DNA of 64,000 nucleotides from Vitrella brassicaformis CCMP3155 (lineage: Eukaryota > Protista > Chromerida). The notes under the pieces were generated by a model. The model had not been told where the DNA came from, made no database searches, and saw only the letters and a program-made list of their open reading frames with translations. Positions 38,649-51,659 of the stretch are shown here, one piece after another (the stretch's first letter is position 1; every line of letters begins with the position of its first letter). The stretch spans positions 1-64,000 of the forward strand of contig CDMY01000520.1 in the NCBI GenBank assembly GCA_001179505.1, written 5' to 3'. Both the position numbers and the translations under genes were made by a program.

Positions 38649-40908
38649 TCACTTCTCGCCGTACATTTCGTCGATCTGCGCCTTGAAGTGCTTGTGTGCC
38701 TGGTGGCGCTTGAGCTTGTACGTGGGCGTGACGAGGTCGTTGTCGACGGTGAAAGCCTCGGGCGAGAGCCTGAACTTCTTGACCTTCTCGATGCCGGAGA
38801 GGCCGTTCTTCTTGGCGACCTCTGCCATCTGCTCCTCGACGGCCTTGATGAACTCGGCGTCGCTGCAGAGGCTGCTGAGGGCCTCGGGCTTGTTGTTGGC
38901 CTTGGCCCACTTCTTGGCCTCGTCGTGGTCCGGGTGGATGATGCCCACGCAGTACGTCTGGGTCGAGCTGCCGTGCACAAACGACTGAGCTATCAGACCA
39001 CACTGACACACACGCAGAGACAGAGAGAGAGAGAGAGAGGACTCTTGTGTTGCTGTGCTTGCTGTGTCTGTCTGCCCAGGTGGTGGATATGTGGTACCTG
39101 CGAGTAGACGTTCTCGACTTTCTCCGGCGAGACGTACTCGCCCTGGGCGAGCTTGAAGATGTTCTTCTTGCGGTCGACGATCCGGATGGCGCCGTTGGGG
39201 AGGATCTGAGCGATGTCGCCGGTGTGCAGCCAACCCTCGCCGTCGATCGTCTCGGACGTCTTGTCAGGCTGCCTGAAGTAACCTGAGGAACACACACACC
39301 CACGCACATCAACATGGCCACATCCAGCATCCCTCCCTCTGTCTGTGCCTGTGCCTGTGTCTGTGTGTGTGTGTGTGTGTGTGTCAAGGCAGGTGGCCTC
39401 ACTGCAGTGCACTGACCAGGGAAGACGGACGGCCCCCGCAGGCAGAGCTCCCCCCTGGGGCACTTGGTGCCGTCGGGCAGCTTGTCGTTGATGGTGTAGT
39501 CCATCTCGGGCTGCGACACCAGCTTGGCCTCGATGCACGGGAAGCACCCGCCGATGTGCCCGACCGTCGTGTCGCCCGGGTGGCTCAGGGTCGACGCCGC
39601 GCACGTCTCGGTCATGCCGTATCCCTCGCAGATGGGGGCGCTGAAGGCGCACTTGAGGAACTCGTGCACCTGGGGCGATATGGGGGCCGAGCCGGTGACC
39701 ATGACGCGCACGCGGCCGCCGAGGAGGCGGTTGATCTTGTTGAAGATGATCGAGTCCCACATGGCGTGTTTGACGACGCCGTTGTTGCGGAGGTTGGCGA
39801 GCTTGGCGTTCATGGCCGTGGAGAAGAGGACCTTGCCCACGGCGCCGCTGCTGCTGATCTTGGCCTGGATCTTGTCGAAGATGCGCGAGTACAGCCGAGG
39901 GACGCTGGCGAAGAGGGTGGGCTTGAGGAGCTGCACGTCCTCCATGAGCTTGTGGGTGTCGCCGCGGTAGAAGCCCAGCTGCCCGCCGCAGAAGAGCAGG
40001 GCGTTGAACATGATGCGCTCGAAGATGTGGGCGAACGGCAGGTAGCTCAAGTACACGTCCTCGGGGCCGAAGGTCACCCCCCCGACCGTCTCGAGCTGCA
40101 GCAGGGCGGCCGCGGAGGTGGACACGAACTGCCGGTGGGTGACGATGACGCCCTTGGGGAGGCCCGTCGTGCCCGAGGTGTAGCAGATGGTGTTGACGCT
40201 GTCGGCCTTGGGCGGGTTGGTCGGCTGCAGCTGCCCCTTGCCCACACGGATGAGCTCCTGCCATGTCGTCAGCGTCACGCCGGCCTTCTGCGCGTCGGCC
40301 TTCATCTCGTCGGTCGGCTCGTCCATGGCCACGATGATCTTGAGCTCCGGGCAGTTGGGGGCCGCCTTGATGAGGCTGGGGACGTTCTCGACCTGCGTGA
40401 TGACGGTGCGCAACCTGGTCTGGTCGCAGACGTACTGGACGGTCTCGGGGCCGAGAGTGTCGTAGAGGGGCACGATGGTGAAGCTGAATGCGTTGCAGGC
40501 CTGCTCGGCGATGGCCCACTCCTCCCTGTTCTTGCTGTAGAGTCCGAGGAAGCGGAACTGCTGCTGGTAGACCTCCTCGGGGAACTCCCGCATCGGCACC
40601 GCGTCCATGTTGAGGAGGCCCGAGCCGACCTCGAGCGCCACCTGGTAGACCTCGCCGTAAGTGCGCCAGGCGTACTTGCCGTCCTTGAGCGTGCCCAGGC
40701 AGGGGCTGTCCTTGGCCACCTCCAAGCCGTGCAGAAACAGGTCGTGGCAGTTGCGGATGCCGTCGCCCATCGAGTCCACCAGCCGCCCGTCGGGACAGTA
40801 GGGCGACCGGTACACCTCAGAGCTTTTCTCGTCAGACGCGTCGGACACCGGCTTCATGTACACCACAGGAGTCGCGCTGTGGCCGCACCCGAAGTGGTAG
40901 TTGCCCAT
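38649..40908 (-). CDS. ACSL: Long-chain fatty acyl-CoA synthetase (AMP-forming), 3 exons
   Basis: AMP-binding [45 protein letters not shown]|[48 protein letters not shown]-terminal [10 protein letters not shown]. Confidence 0.97.
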
Positions 40909-41011
40909 CGTATATGCAAGGGGGATCTAGGCAAAACAACGATGGAACAAGGTGCTCGCCGTCTGAACGCTGCTTCTGGCTCGTCTTTTGTGGTGACTTT
41001 CACACACGTTT

Positions 41012-41042
41012 GCGAGCTTGGAGATCTGTGTGCTTAGCTCGC
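41012..41042. promoter_or_regulatory. GCGAGCT-N17-AGCTCGC inverted pair in a 216-bp bidirectional promoter
   Basis: Motif copies at 41012-41018 and 41036-41042. Confidence 0.4.
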
Positions 41043-41124
41043 CAGGCGTAGAGAGCTGGCTTCCAGTGTTCGATTGCTGCGGCTCATTGAGCCTCCAAGA
41101 ACGTACATCTCGACGTTTCGCCGG

Positions 41125-43387
41125 ATGTCGTCGTTATCTGGCCTCTGGCAGCATCCAAAGGGCAGCTTGATCCTTCAGCATCTGCAGGAGGTGCAGCAGA
41201 ACACCGACTCAGGCATCGCCACGCGAGTGGAGAGCTTCAAGGACGCCTCCCTTCTGAACACACTGCCTTCGCTGCTTGCCAATGCCAACCTGGAAGGCAA
41301 GAAGGGCGCTGACGCGTCTGGAGTGGAGAAATATGCTGGTGAGAGGCAAGGCGGACAGAAGAACGATGGCCGCCCCGGATTAACGTCTTCCGTGGTATTC
41401 TTCACTTCCGCTTGTGTGCAGCTGAGTTGACGGTGACTGCTCCGCGAGGCTCTCTGTATGCCGGCGCCCCTCTGCGCTTTGAAGCAGAGTTCCCCCTGCA
41501 TTATCCGGAGCTGCCACCCCTCTTGTCGGCGCGGTCCATCCTGCACCATCCTGACATCGACGACACGACTTACGAGCTGGCAGGGGTCACAGCCCTCATC
41601 AAGACACACCCCAAGGGGCCGCTGTTTGGCTGCATGGCGGCACTCGACTCGCTCTGGGACGTCGCTGCCGTGCCGTGGACAGGTGAGCAGACGGAGGGGG
41701 AGGCGGCAGGGAAGCACGGGCATATGTGTCCTCCCCCACTTGTGTGTTGGTTGGTTCCTCGACAGATGAGCAGTTGAAGACCTTCTGGGCGAGCCACTGG
41801 CGGCGCTGCACCCACCAGTGTGACATGGTGCCCTTCTCGCTACAGCATCTCAACTCGCTGTCCAAAGAGGACCAAGCCAGCCACCTCACAAGGCTGCGGG
41901 ACCACATCAATCGCAGCATGCGCCTGGAGTACGAGAACAACGGCCGCATGCATCAGGAGCGGACGCGGGTCGGCCAGGAGTACAGCAGGGTCACGCAGCA
42001 GCCGGAGGTCTTCGCTGCGTGGCCTGTCGAGTGGTTGGCGGACGGCTATCGGGCGTTTCTTGAGGGCACGGCGAAGATGCACGTGCGGCAGCCTGGTGAC
42101 CCGCCAGCACCTCCTGGGGCGTTTGCGGTCACTGAGATCGCTCGAGGGGTCTTTGCTTTCCAGATGTTCTCGAGCAGCTTGTGTGACGCACTCGTCAAGG
42201 TCGGTCAGCACATGATACCCCTGTTTGTGTGGCTTGTCGACCCCTCTCTCGTGTGTGTGTGTCTTACAGGTGATCAAGGAATACAATGCGTTGCCCGAGC
42301 AGACGTTCCCAAAGCGCCGACCCAACTCGTAACCACACACACACACACACACACGGACAGCACCACCGACAGGCATGCAGAGAACCAGGCACAGTCTTTC
42401 TTGTCATTCTTCTCCTCTCCTTGCAGGATGAACAAGTATGGGCTTGTGCTCAACGACATCGGGTTGGAGGAGAGGATGGACGACTTGCTGCAGTGGTGGC
42501 GGCCGCTGGCGGCCCTGCTCTTCCCCGGCCACGGCGGCCCCTCTCTCGACAGACACCACACATCCATCGTACACTATGAAGAACACAACGACCGAAACCT
42601 CGATGTGAGTCAACAAACAGGGAGGGAGACAGAGGAGCGGCATGCACAACTCAACATGTCTGTGTGCATGTCAACCAAACAGATGCACACGGACGCCAGC
42701 GACATCACGCTCAATGTCCACTTGGGCGGGTCGTTTGTAGGGTCCACCCTCACCTTCTGCGGCCGGTTCTTCGAGCCCAGGTCCCGCAAGGAGGCCACCA
42801 CCTACGTGTTCAGCAAGGGCGAGGCGGTCATGCACCTGGGCGCACACAGACATGGTACGTTAGCGACACAGGAAGCCATCTACCTGTCTGCGTTGCATGT
42901 GTGTGTATGTGTGTGTGCGTGTATGGTCGTCATGCAGGTGCCAACGAGCTGTACAAGGGTGAGCGGTTCAATCTCATCCAATGGGGGCGATCGCAGGCTT
43001 ACCGGAGGCAACACGGCTCCTACCAGGCAAGCCTGATCCCCACGGCATCAGTCACCCGTCAGTGACACTCCATAAATGCAGACCCCGTGTGCATGTCTAT
43101 GTGTGTGATCAGGAGCAACTCTATGAGCAGTACGCCAAGCGCAGCGCGGCTGCCGGCTTTGTTGAGCAGGGCAGCCCGGACCCCATCTGCTTGTCCAGGA
43201 CACACGACAGAGACTTCGACGTGAGCACAAAAACCATCCATTCACACACAAACAAACACACAGAGACCAATCGAGAGACCTGTGTGTATTCTCTGTGTGT
43301 GTGCAGCACTGGTCGCGTGTGTACAAGGATATCGACCTGACCAAGAGGAACGCAGATGCCATGAGGAGGACGCAGCAGCCGGCGTAG
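41125..43387 (+). CDS. Fusion of a ubiquitin E2-variant (UEV) domain and an OGFOD2/ICU11-CP2-like 2OG-Fe(II) oxygenase
   Basis: N-terminal UBC fold APRGSLYAGAPLRFEAEFPLHYPELPP...HHPDID lacking the catalytic Cys. C-terminal RRPNS|MNKYGLVLNDIG, HHTSIVHY, MHTDASDITLNVHLG (HxD), GEAVMHLGAHRHG|A, GERFNLIQWGRS, PDPICLSRTHDRDFD; last exon ends ...RRTQQPA* at 43387. Confidence 0.8.
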
Positions 43388-44305
43388 ACAGGTTGGCTGA
43401 TGGGCAGGCGGACGGGCAGGCAAGCCCTTTTTGTTGGCGGAATGCACGTACCCATATCCATCGCAACCGTGGCGTGAATTGATGAGGGCCGTCGAGTGAG
43501 TAGTGTGAATCTAGGCGGGCATATGGAACGTCGTATGTCGTGTAGATGTGTGTCGATTCGGCGTCGTGGGTAGAGAAAGGGAGTCGGTGCGGTCATTTCG
43601 TGGGTTTATATTTTTTCTGTCTTGTGATGCGTTCATTTCCCATGTCTTGTCGTTGTCATATCCTCATGCACTTCCTACGTCCCGGACATCGTACCTACCT
43701 AACTGCATAAATGGACACGAATGCAGCGTTTCTCTCTCTTCCCATAAGACAACGATTGACCTACAGAGAGCTGGCTTTTTGCCACACACACATACAAACA
43801 CTCACATACAAACACCACACACCACACACACCACACACAGAGAGGGCCACAAGATGAACTCGCTACAGATACAGCGACACAACGCACACACTCAATCAGT
43901 ACGACGGGTTGGAGGGCGAAAAAGGCCTCCGCTTCGTTCGCACGTACACCACTCAATGCATTCTCTGCTCTCTGCGCACAGAATCTGCGTCGACAACGAG
44001 ACCGAGGGCTATGACGCCTATCGCGCACTCACGGACAGCACACGGCGTGGACAAAACACACAACGCGCACTCCTCTCGCGCACGAACAAAGCCGGGAAGA
44101 CACACACAGACGCGTACCACCAGCGAAAAAGAGGAAAAATCAGACAGGGCCGCTCACAGTGCATCGAGTGAGTGACCTGCCGTCATGTCGCCCTTGGCCG
44201 ACATTCACCTCTCACTTCGGTGTGTCAGTGGACACCGACAAGCACAGCGAGTCAGCTGCTGTGCTATCTGCTGTCATCATGAGTGCTGGCAGCCATGGCC
44301 GCTAC

Positions 44306-47300
44306 TTATGGCATCATCCACGTAGCAACGCTGTCCTTCTCGTCACTGCTCAGCCGATGCCAATCGACTCGCATGAGATGATGACATGGGGGCGTGAAGG
44401 CGGCGGTGTGGGAGCTGCTCCGCCTCGATTGGGTCGAGCTGACGGGCGACGGTGCGTCGCTGATGGGCACGTCTACATCACCGCATGGCGTCTCCACCAA
44501 GGTGGGCGCGAGGCTCACCAGGAGCTCCGGGATGGCACCCTGCAGGCAGAATATGCCACACTCACAGACACATCCGGGCATACTATCTCTCTGACTGACC
44601 GGTGGGCTGCCGTTCTCGATGAGTGCTCGTTTGGCCTTGCGGAACGCCTCATAGAGCCCCCGCCAGCCGCCGGCGCCTTGCTGGTGTGTCGATGCCTCAC
44701 TGTCGACCTTTTCCAGGTCACAGCCGTCGGCCCTCCTCCTTAGTTCCGTCTGGTGCATCTGCTCTCTGCTGACGAGTTCGTCCACCACATAATACACGTT
44801 GGCCTGAAGGTCGTATAACGTGATGCCCGGCGACGTCACCGAGGCAACAGCACTAACAACACACAGAGAGGGGACATGAGAGAGCAGTCTCAGTGGCCAT
44901 TCATGTGTGTGGTTCGGACCTGTCTGCCGGCTGTGTCTCGATGACCGACGGGCCACCTGGTCTATCAGAGGATGCCTTGTCGGCCTCAAAAGCCGAAAGC
45001 TGACATTTCTCAGAGCATTGGAAGCGGAATGCGTGGGAGAGGTCGCGAGTCCGCATGTGCCGCAAACCCTGGAAACACACGCAGGTCGATCATACACACG
45101 AGGGGTCCTCTGTCCTTTGACTCACGGTGACTGTGCGGTCGTCGGGTCTCGGCAGGTGAACGACCACGTGGTCTTGTCGTCGGCTTCGCGCCTTCACAGG
45201 CTTCTGCCGCAGGCTCTGCGCCAGGAACGCATGGCTCCACAGAAACTCATGGCTGAACCAGCCATCAAACACACACATACATACACAACAGAGAGAGCCG
45301 GAAGCATCGGCGAGAAGCTCATTACCCATGTGCTTACAAGTCGCTGGGAACATGAGTGACTTTTAAGTGTTTCGATAGCCTCCTGCACGGCAGCTGACGT
45401 CAGCTGCATGGCCACCGACACACGATGCACCGGTCGCCCGACAGACGGATGGCACCCCACTGATGCAGCGGGGGGGTCGTCAGCAGAGAGGGCCGCGCTG
45501 GACCAGTCATAGAAGACCTTGGGTGCGATCCGCCGTCTTTTCTTTCTTTTCTTCTCTCTGTGGATAAGCCACGACACCGCACGGTCTGGACAGAAACGAA
45601 AGGACACAACACACCATGGAAGCGAGAATGGCCTGCTGTTGCCTACCAAAAGCCTTATTGCGGTCGGTGACTGCCATGTATCTGTAGCCCACTTGCAGCA
45701 GGCCATATCGGCAAATCTGCATGGTCAGCATGATATAGTGCACAAGATTGGTCACTATGACAACCAGCACGAGGCCGAGTGTCAGCACCGAAGAGGTCCC
45801 CTCGGGCAGCATGACCACAAAGTGCATGACGAACAGCGACACGAGCCAGACCAGCAGCCCACGCATCTCAGACCGATTGAGGATGTCCATGCTGCCTCGA
45901 TCGAAGGGCCACACGCTGAGTTGCAGCGCTAGACACACAGCGGCGACCACAGTCCAGCCCAGCAGCTGCTGGCGAGGCTGCGCCGTCGCTTGCTGTGCGA
46001 TCAGCAGCACCAATACACGCCTCATGGCCAGCACAAAATCCCAATAGAACAGGTTCTTCCGATAGCCAACATAGAGAAATCCAACCCTTCTACGCATGTG
46101 GTGGTCCTGCAGGCGCTCTCTATGCTGCCACAGAAACGCCACCCCACACAGCACGGGGGCGAACGTCCACATCAGCAGACCAGCCACGGCAATCCACAGG
46201 AATGGGGCATGCTCGGCCGATCGGCAGATGACACGTGAGTCGAGGTCCATCCTAGGGCGCATGTCATCCATCGGGTCAGTCGGCAGCAAACTGACACTCT
46301 CGCCCGGCGGGATAGATATGACATCGTCCACATAGGGATACCATCGACAGCGCAACAGAGCCAGCATGTTCCTGGTCACGGTGGGATGGACAAATGTGAG
46401 GACGACGACCATCATGGCGCCCCGGTTGTCGAGCCACTGCCACCAGCGACCGCTCTTGCGGGGCCCCGCTAGGGAAAGCTGACTCGATGGCTCGATTCGT
46501 GAGTCCTCTTGGAAGGTGACCGATCGCTGGTGAGGGACGTGTGCAGCAGCCGTGTCTGCGTTGCCATTGGTCACAGATGGGGGCGCTGAGAGAGCTCGGA
46601 GGTAGGCGTTGGTGGAGAATGAGGTCGATTCGTCGGTGTCAATGCGCCGTCTCGACCTGAAGGCATCACGGACTCGGTCAAAGCAGGTCGCTGCAGCCAT
46701 CCATGACACGGGCGAGAAACGACAAGCAAATCATCGCTTTTCATATTATTTATTTTTGCTTGTCGTTAGTACCAATAAGGGGAACAACGGTGAGCCAAAC
46801 GAGTGGCAGCGCAAGCCAGATTGCATGTCGGTACAGCACGCATTTGTCGCCCACATATGGCTTCAGTAGACATTCCCATATCTGGTAGCTTTGCGCGACG
46901 CCACCATCCCAGGCGAAGAAGCTGCCAACCAGCGAGGATATCTGGTCGCCCCAGAGTGACTCGTCAAACACGAGAAAGGTCAAACCACACACCTGCACAC
47001 AAAATGACAGCGAACAGGTCATGGAGACAACGTGAGTGTCTCTGTCTGCAGTTCCGTACAGCGGTGATGTGCGAGAGGCCGATTTTGATCAGCTGCGAGG
47101 GCACCTCAGCGCGGACAGACGACGCAGCCCTGAACACAGACACACACACAGAAAGCTCGGATGTCGATTGGTGTGAGAAAATGACCTTCCGGCGAGTGCG
47201 GTGAGTATGAAGATGGCTATCAAAGCGGCGAAGACGAGCAGTACATTGACAATCACGATCAGCCAAAGCGGCGCACATCGGGTGCACAGCTGCCGGAGCG

Positions 47301-50300
47301 TTTGGCGCGAGAAACCTTCTTTGCACCGGTTGCATGTTAAACCTTCATGTCCAGCCTGACATAGGCATGGCAGGCGGACATCAGAAGGGGAATGACAGAC
47401 CTATGAAATGGCTCCTACCGAGCATATGTTGAGTCCATTGCTCTTGTCGGTGCCTTTGCACGACGACGGCAGTGGGCACGGAAAGACCACCGGTAGCACA
47501 GTCAACCCAGCGCCATATCTGAGAGGGACCATATCCATCATCTGCCTGCTCAATGCCTGCCTTCCATTCTCACGTCGTCACATGTCGAGGAGCGTTATCG
47601 GATGAGCCAGTCGACTGCAGCTGGACAGTGAGCTGGAAGAAGCCCAGCAGCACACTCGCATTGTAGTTGATAGGGACGGAGCAGTCCAAGCCCGGCAAAC
47701 AGTCCTGGCAAATCCACGTGTCGCGACTGCCGTCACTGCCACCCGTACGCACTCCAACTGACCCTGCTGTGCACGGCTCGCATGGCTCGTTGCCCTGCTT
47801 CTCATAGCCAAGACGACAGTAACACGCAGCTGAGCCCTCGTCAGAACCTGCAAAACAAAACAGGCGTTCGTGCGCATCATCATGTGTTTGTTACATCTCT
47901 GACCTGCATCGTCGGGGCATTGTTTGCACATTTGTGTGCCAACTTCTCTGTTGCTAAATGAGCCTGCCGGGCACTTAGTGCAGTTGAGGCCGTGGCCCGC
48001 ATAGCCAGGTAGGCAGCGACACAATACCTCTTCGTTGACCGTGTTATCTACCTGACCCATACAGGCAGGCAGACAGAGAGACGGCAAGTGTAGGTCAACC
48101 ATCTCCACCCCTCCTTTTTTGTTTCACCTTCAAAATCTGCGAGTCGTGGCAGAGCCGCGTGCACTCGACGCCGTCCGTCCCGTTCAGGGGCCCGTACCCT
48201 GAAGGAAAGAAGAAGGGACAAGAGGACCGTTCCTGCGTGTCACATGCAGAGGCCCTTGGTCTTTCGTCGGTCACATGCTCACACACTGACCGTATAAGTC
48301 GGCGTAGAGGTCCTCAGTGCTGCCACCCGAGCACGGTCGACCCTCGTGGGGTCTGATCTGCACAGGAAGATACATCCTTGGCTGCACACGGACTGTCTGG
48401 ATGCCGCTCGCTATCCGACTTTGCCTCACGTCCTTGATTCTGAGGTCTGGGTTTTTCTGCAGGTTGGCGCGCCCCAACAGCTTCCAGTTGTGTCGAGTAT
48501 ACCACAGGTATTCCGGGGGCTCGGTGTGCCTGATCATCCTGCGAAGGCGGTTGCCGGCGATATGCAATCGCTGCAGATTGTTGGGGAGAGAGTACCTGAC
48601 GAAAAGCAGGACACACAGACATGCACAAGTCGACGTATGTCTGATCACTGGTTGGTACATGCATATACCATCCATCGCGAATCTCTTCAATCTCATTGTA
48701 GTTGACACCAAACCATGCGAGTTTCTCGAATCCCTTCTGCGCCCTCAGGTTAATGTCGGGGTACAGGTCAGCAACTGTCACCGAATAGTCCAGCTTCTCT
48801 ACGTCGACCACCGACCCATCGTCCACAAAGTCGTCCACCTCCACAGGCTCATCACTCGCCTTCGGATCCACCATGCTCATGCTCGTGGCGTTCTCCTGCA
48901 GCCGGTAAGCCGCCATGAACGACCTCTTGTACCGCTGAAATGCGGGTCTGTCGAGGAGTCCTGCGCTCAAGACATGTTCAAGGTCAATGACGGTCACCCC
49001 CGACGGCGTGAGGGCGCCGTGTAGGCCGTTTTGTAGGCTGTAGAGGGCCACAAGGCTGCTCTGAAACGACCATGGCATGAGGAACTCGTCAATGGTGGTG
49101 TTCAAGCCGTTCCTGCTGATGGTCAGTGTCTCGATGCTCGGCCAGTAGGGGGGCGGGTTCGCGAGGATCTCAGCGACGATGTGGGCGCTCGGGCCTGTCC
49201 GAACCACATGACACCAGAGAGCGATGGATTGTGGCTGCCTTGCGAGCGATTGATCGTCCTTCCACCTTCCTTTCTTGCTTACTTACTTGTAATGGTGCGT
49301 AGACCGAGGGAGTGCCTTCCCCACGTCAGCTGATCACCGATGCGGTTATCCGACAAAAATAGAGTCTTGACTGCACATACACACAAAGACAGACAGCAGG
49401 CAGGAGGCCAGAGAACAGTCAAGTGCACACACAAAACCCAGTATGTGCTGAGGTGAGTGACCGACGTACTCGTTTCCAGCCGTCTCCAGTTTGGCGGTAT
49501 GCGACTCAAACTGTTCTTGGACACATGCAGCCACTCCAACCTGCAAGCATGCACCACCACAGACACATCGCAAAGAACTCTCGTGGAGTAGAAGTGTCGA
49601 CTGATCTCTCTCCCATACTTGGGTGGCATCCGCCAGTCGCCTTCGAAGTCCTCGAATCCGTTGTTATCGAGCCGCATGCTCCTCAGCCCACGCATTCTTG
49701 ACAGCCACGCAGGGATCACGCCAGATAGGCGGTTTCGTGAGAGGTCCAAATCCCACAGACGCTGAAGGCCTTCGAGTGTGGCAGGCAGCTTGTTCACTCT
49801 GAGAAGGCACCAACACGGCACACAAGTGCAGTGGGGGTCGTGCAATCTCTCTATGTCTTTGCTGACCTTGTGATGGAGATGGAGAGGATTCGGAGGTCTG
49901 TGAGGTTGTTGATCGAGTCGGGAATCGCACCCCGAATACCCTGCATCGGACACGCACCAGCGATGGACACACAATAGATACAGGATACACTCAGCCGACA
50001 AATGCGTGTATGTGCCTGCCTAAAGCGCCTGGCTGACCCTGCTCTTGATGATTCTGAAGTCTCGCAGAGATGTGACGTTGCCGTAGACGGCTGGAATGGT
50101 GCCCGTGACATTCTCACAGTTCTCTAGCCGAAATGTATGGAGGTTATGCATGTCCTCGAGAGCCGGCAGCCCGCCAATAATGGCCGTATTCCTCATGTGG
50201 AACAGCTCCAGGGACTCACATCCATCGAAAGCACCCTCAAGCGATCCCGTGATGCTCTCACCCAGCAGCCTCGCTATCCTCAAAGTGGTGCATTGATGGG

Positions 50301-51598
50301 GAGGGGCGGGCGCAGACGAGTTGGCCTCTTGGCCGTGAAAGAGTGAGTGCATATCGAAGCCCAGTGGGTTGCGGATGAGGGAGAGGGCCTCGAGTGATCT
50401 GTCGAACATCGTGTGGAAGGATGGTGGTAGGGTGCCCTCTAAGTGGGTGTCGTCTACATAGAGGCCGCGTAGGTCCGGCAAAGAGACGATGGCGTCGGGC
50501 AGTGGGCCACTCAGTTGACTCTGCAACATAACAGCCAGCTGTCAACAGTTACAGGCCACACAAAGACGGCAGGGAACACACACAACTTCAGGTCGTGTGT
50601 GCCCTGCCCCTGTCCTCTCCTCTGACCCGGTCGACGTACAGCAGTCTTAACTGCAACATCTCGCCGATCCTCTCGGACAGACTGCCGTTGAACGGCGCAT
50701 TCATCAAGACCACGCCCAGCAGCCCCCTGAGATCGTAAAAAGATGTAGGGAACCGAACGCCCCCATCCGGAAAGATCAGCTGAGCTTCATGGTCGGGGTC
50801 CAGAACCATGATGTAGCCGTCCACCATCCCATCGCCCCCTCCGGCCCATGACTCGACCTCATCGGTCGTTGGCAACGCCGCACGAGCCGTCCGGAAACGG
50901 ACACAGACGATGAAGGGCAGATCGCACACGCGGAAGAAGGACCCCATTTTGACGCCTCTCATCTCCACATCCAGTGACCGAATGAATTGCCTCAGCGGCC
51001 CCCTGGCGTCCTCCTCACACACAGTGCAGTCCTCATGAATCACCGGCTCTGTCATGGCGGTTTCATTGGCACCATGAGATCCCACAAGGGCACGCATAGA
51101 TGTGCCGGGCATGACGCGGTCCTCACCGAATGGCAGATACTTCTGAAGCAGCCGCAGTTTCAGCACATAGGCAGAAGCGCCCTTGTCAACCGTAGGTGGG
51201 GGATTGCGGTATTTGGCTGACGGCTTGAACCAGTCGCTGTAAGCGTGCAGCATGGTTGAGTTGGCCAATACGTCATCAGCCACATCTCTCGTCAACCCGT
51301 CGGTAGCTCCAGTGGTCTGCAGCTGACGCGATGCTGCCGACCGGCGATGGGGCGCCAAGGCTGATGAGTGGAAGTCGTCCATGCCCTCATCTGTGTCACT
51401 CGCATTGTTGTGACAAGGCGAAAGAGAAGCACGAGGAGCAGATGAGGATGAATCCCTTCGCCCAAGCAACCGCCCGACGATAAAAAAGGCAGCTGCCATC
51501 TCCGCAGAGCAGCGGCAAGGTCCACATTGGCCCTGTTCTTGAGCCCTTGCAAACACCACCAATAAGACGATCAGGACGATGAATGCCGGTGCGTTCAT
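44306..51598 (-). CDS. Receptor-like protein 2: signal peptide, LRR array, Cys-rich repeats, about 7 TM helices, long C-tail (many exons; 3' exons less certain)
   Basis: MNAPAFIVLIVLLVVFARA signal. LRRs (GPLPDAIVSLPDLRGLYVDDTHLEGTLP; LQRLWDLDLSRNRLSGVIPAWL). Cys repeats (CRCLPGYAGHGLNCTKCPAGSFS; CQDCLPGLDC). TM region with VVLTFVHPTV, RMDLDSRVIC, LLMWTFAP, VGFLYVGYRKNLFYWDFV, LQLSVWPF. Confidence 0.83.
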
Positions 51599-51659
51599 GA
51601 GATCTGCAAGCAAACATTCCTCGGCCTTGGACTTATCTCCGGGAACAGGTCAGGAGCTG

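Noticed and set aside
40885-40908. ACSL N-terminus MGNYHFGC as a myristoylation/palmitoylation signal
   Set aside because: Position 6 is Phe rather than the preferred Ser/Thr; too weak to claim.
39367-41037. 556-aa plus-strand ORF (and the 508-aa alternative-frame minus ORF 38993-40519)
   Set aside because: Shadow ORFs of the GC3-rich ACSL coding sequence; no independent domain signal.
28402-43387. Possible metabolic gene cluster (IPNS-type dioxygenase, ACSL, second 2OG oxygenase)
   Set aside because: The genes are separated by unrelated ones, the two oxygenases belong to different families, and no PKS/NRPS or transporter is present.
44159-44743. 194-aa plus-strand ORF
   Set aside because: Antisense to the terminal exons of receptor gene 2; no domain and no splice support.
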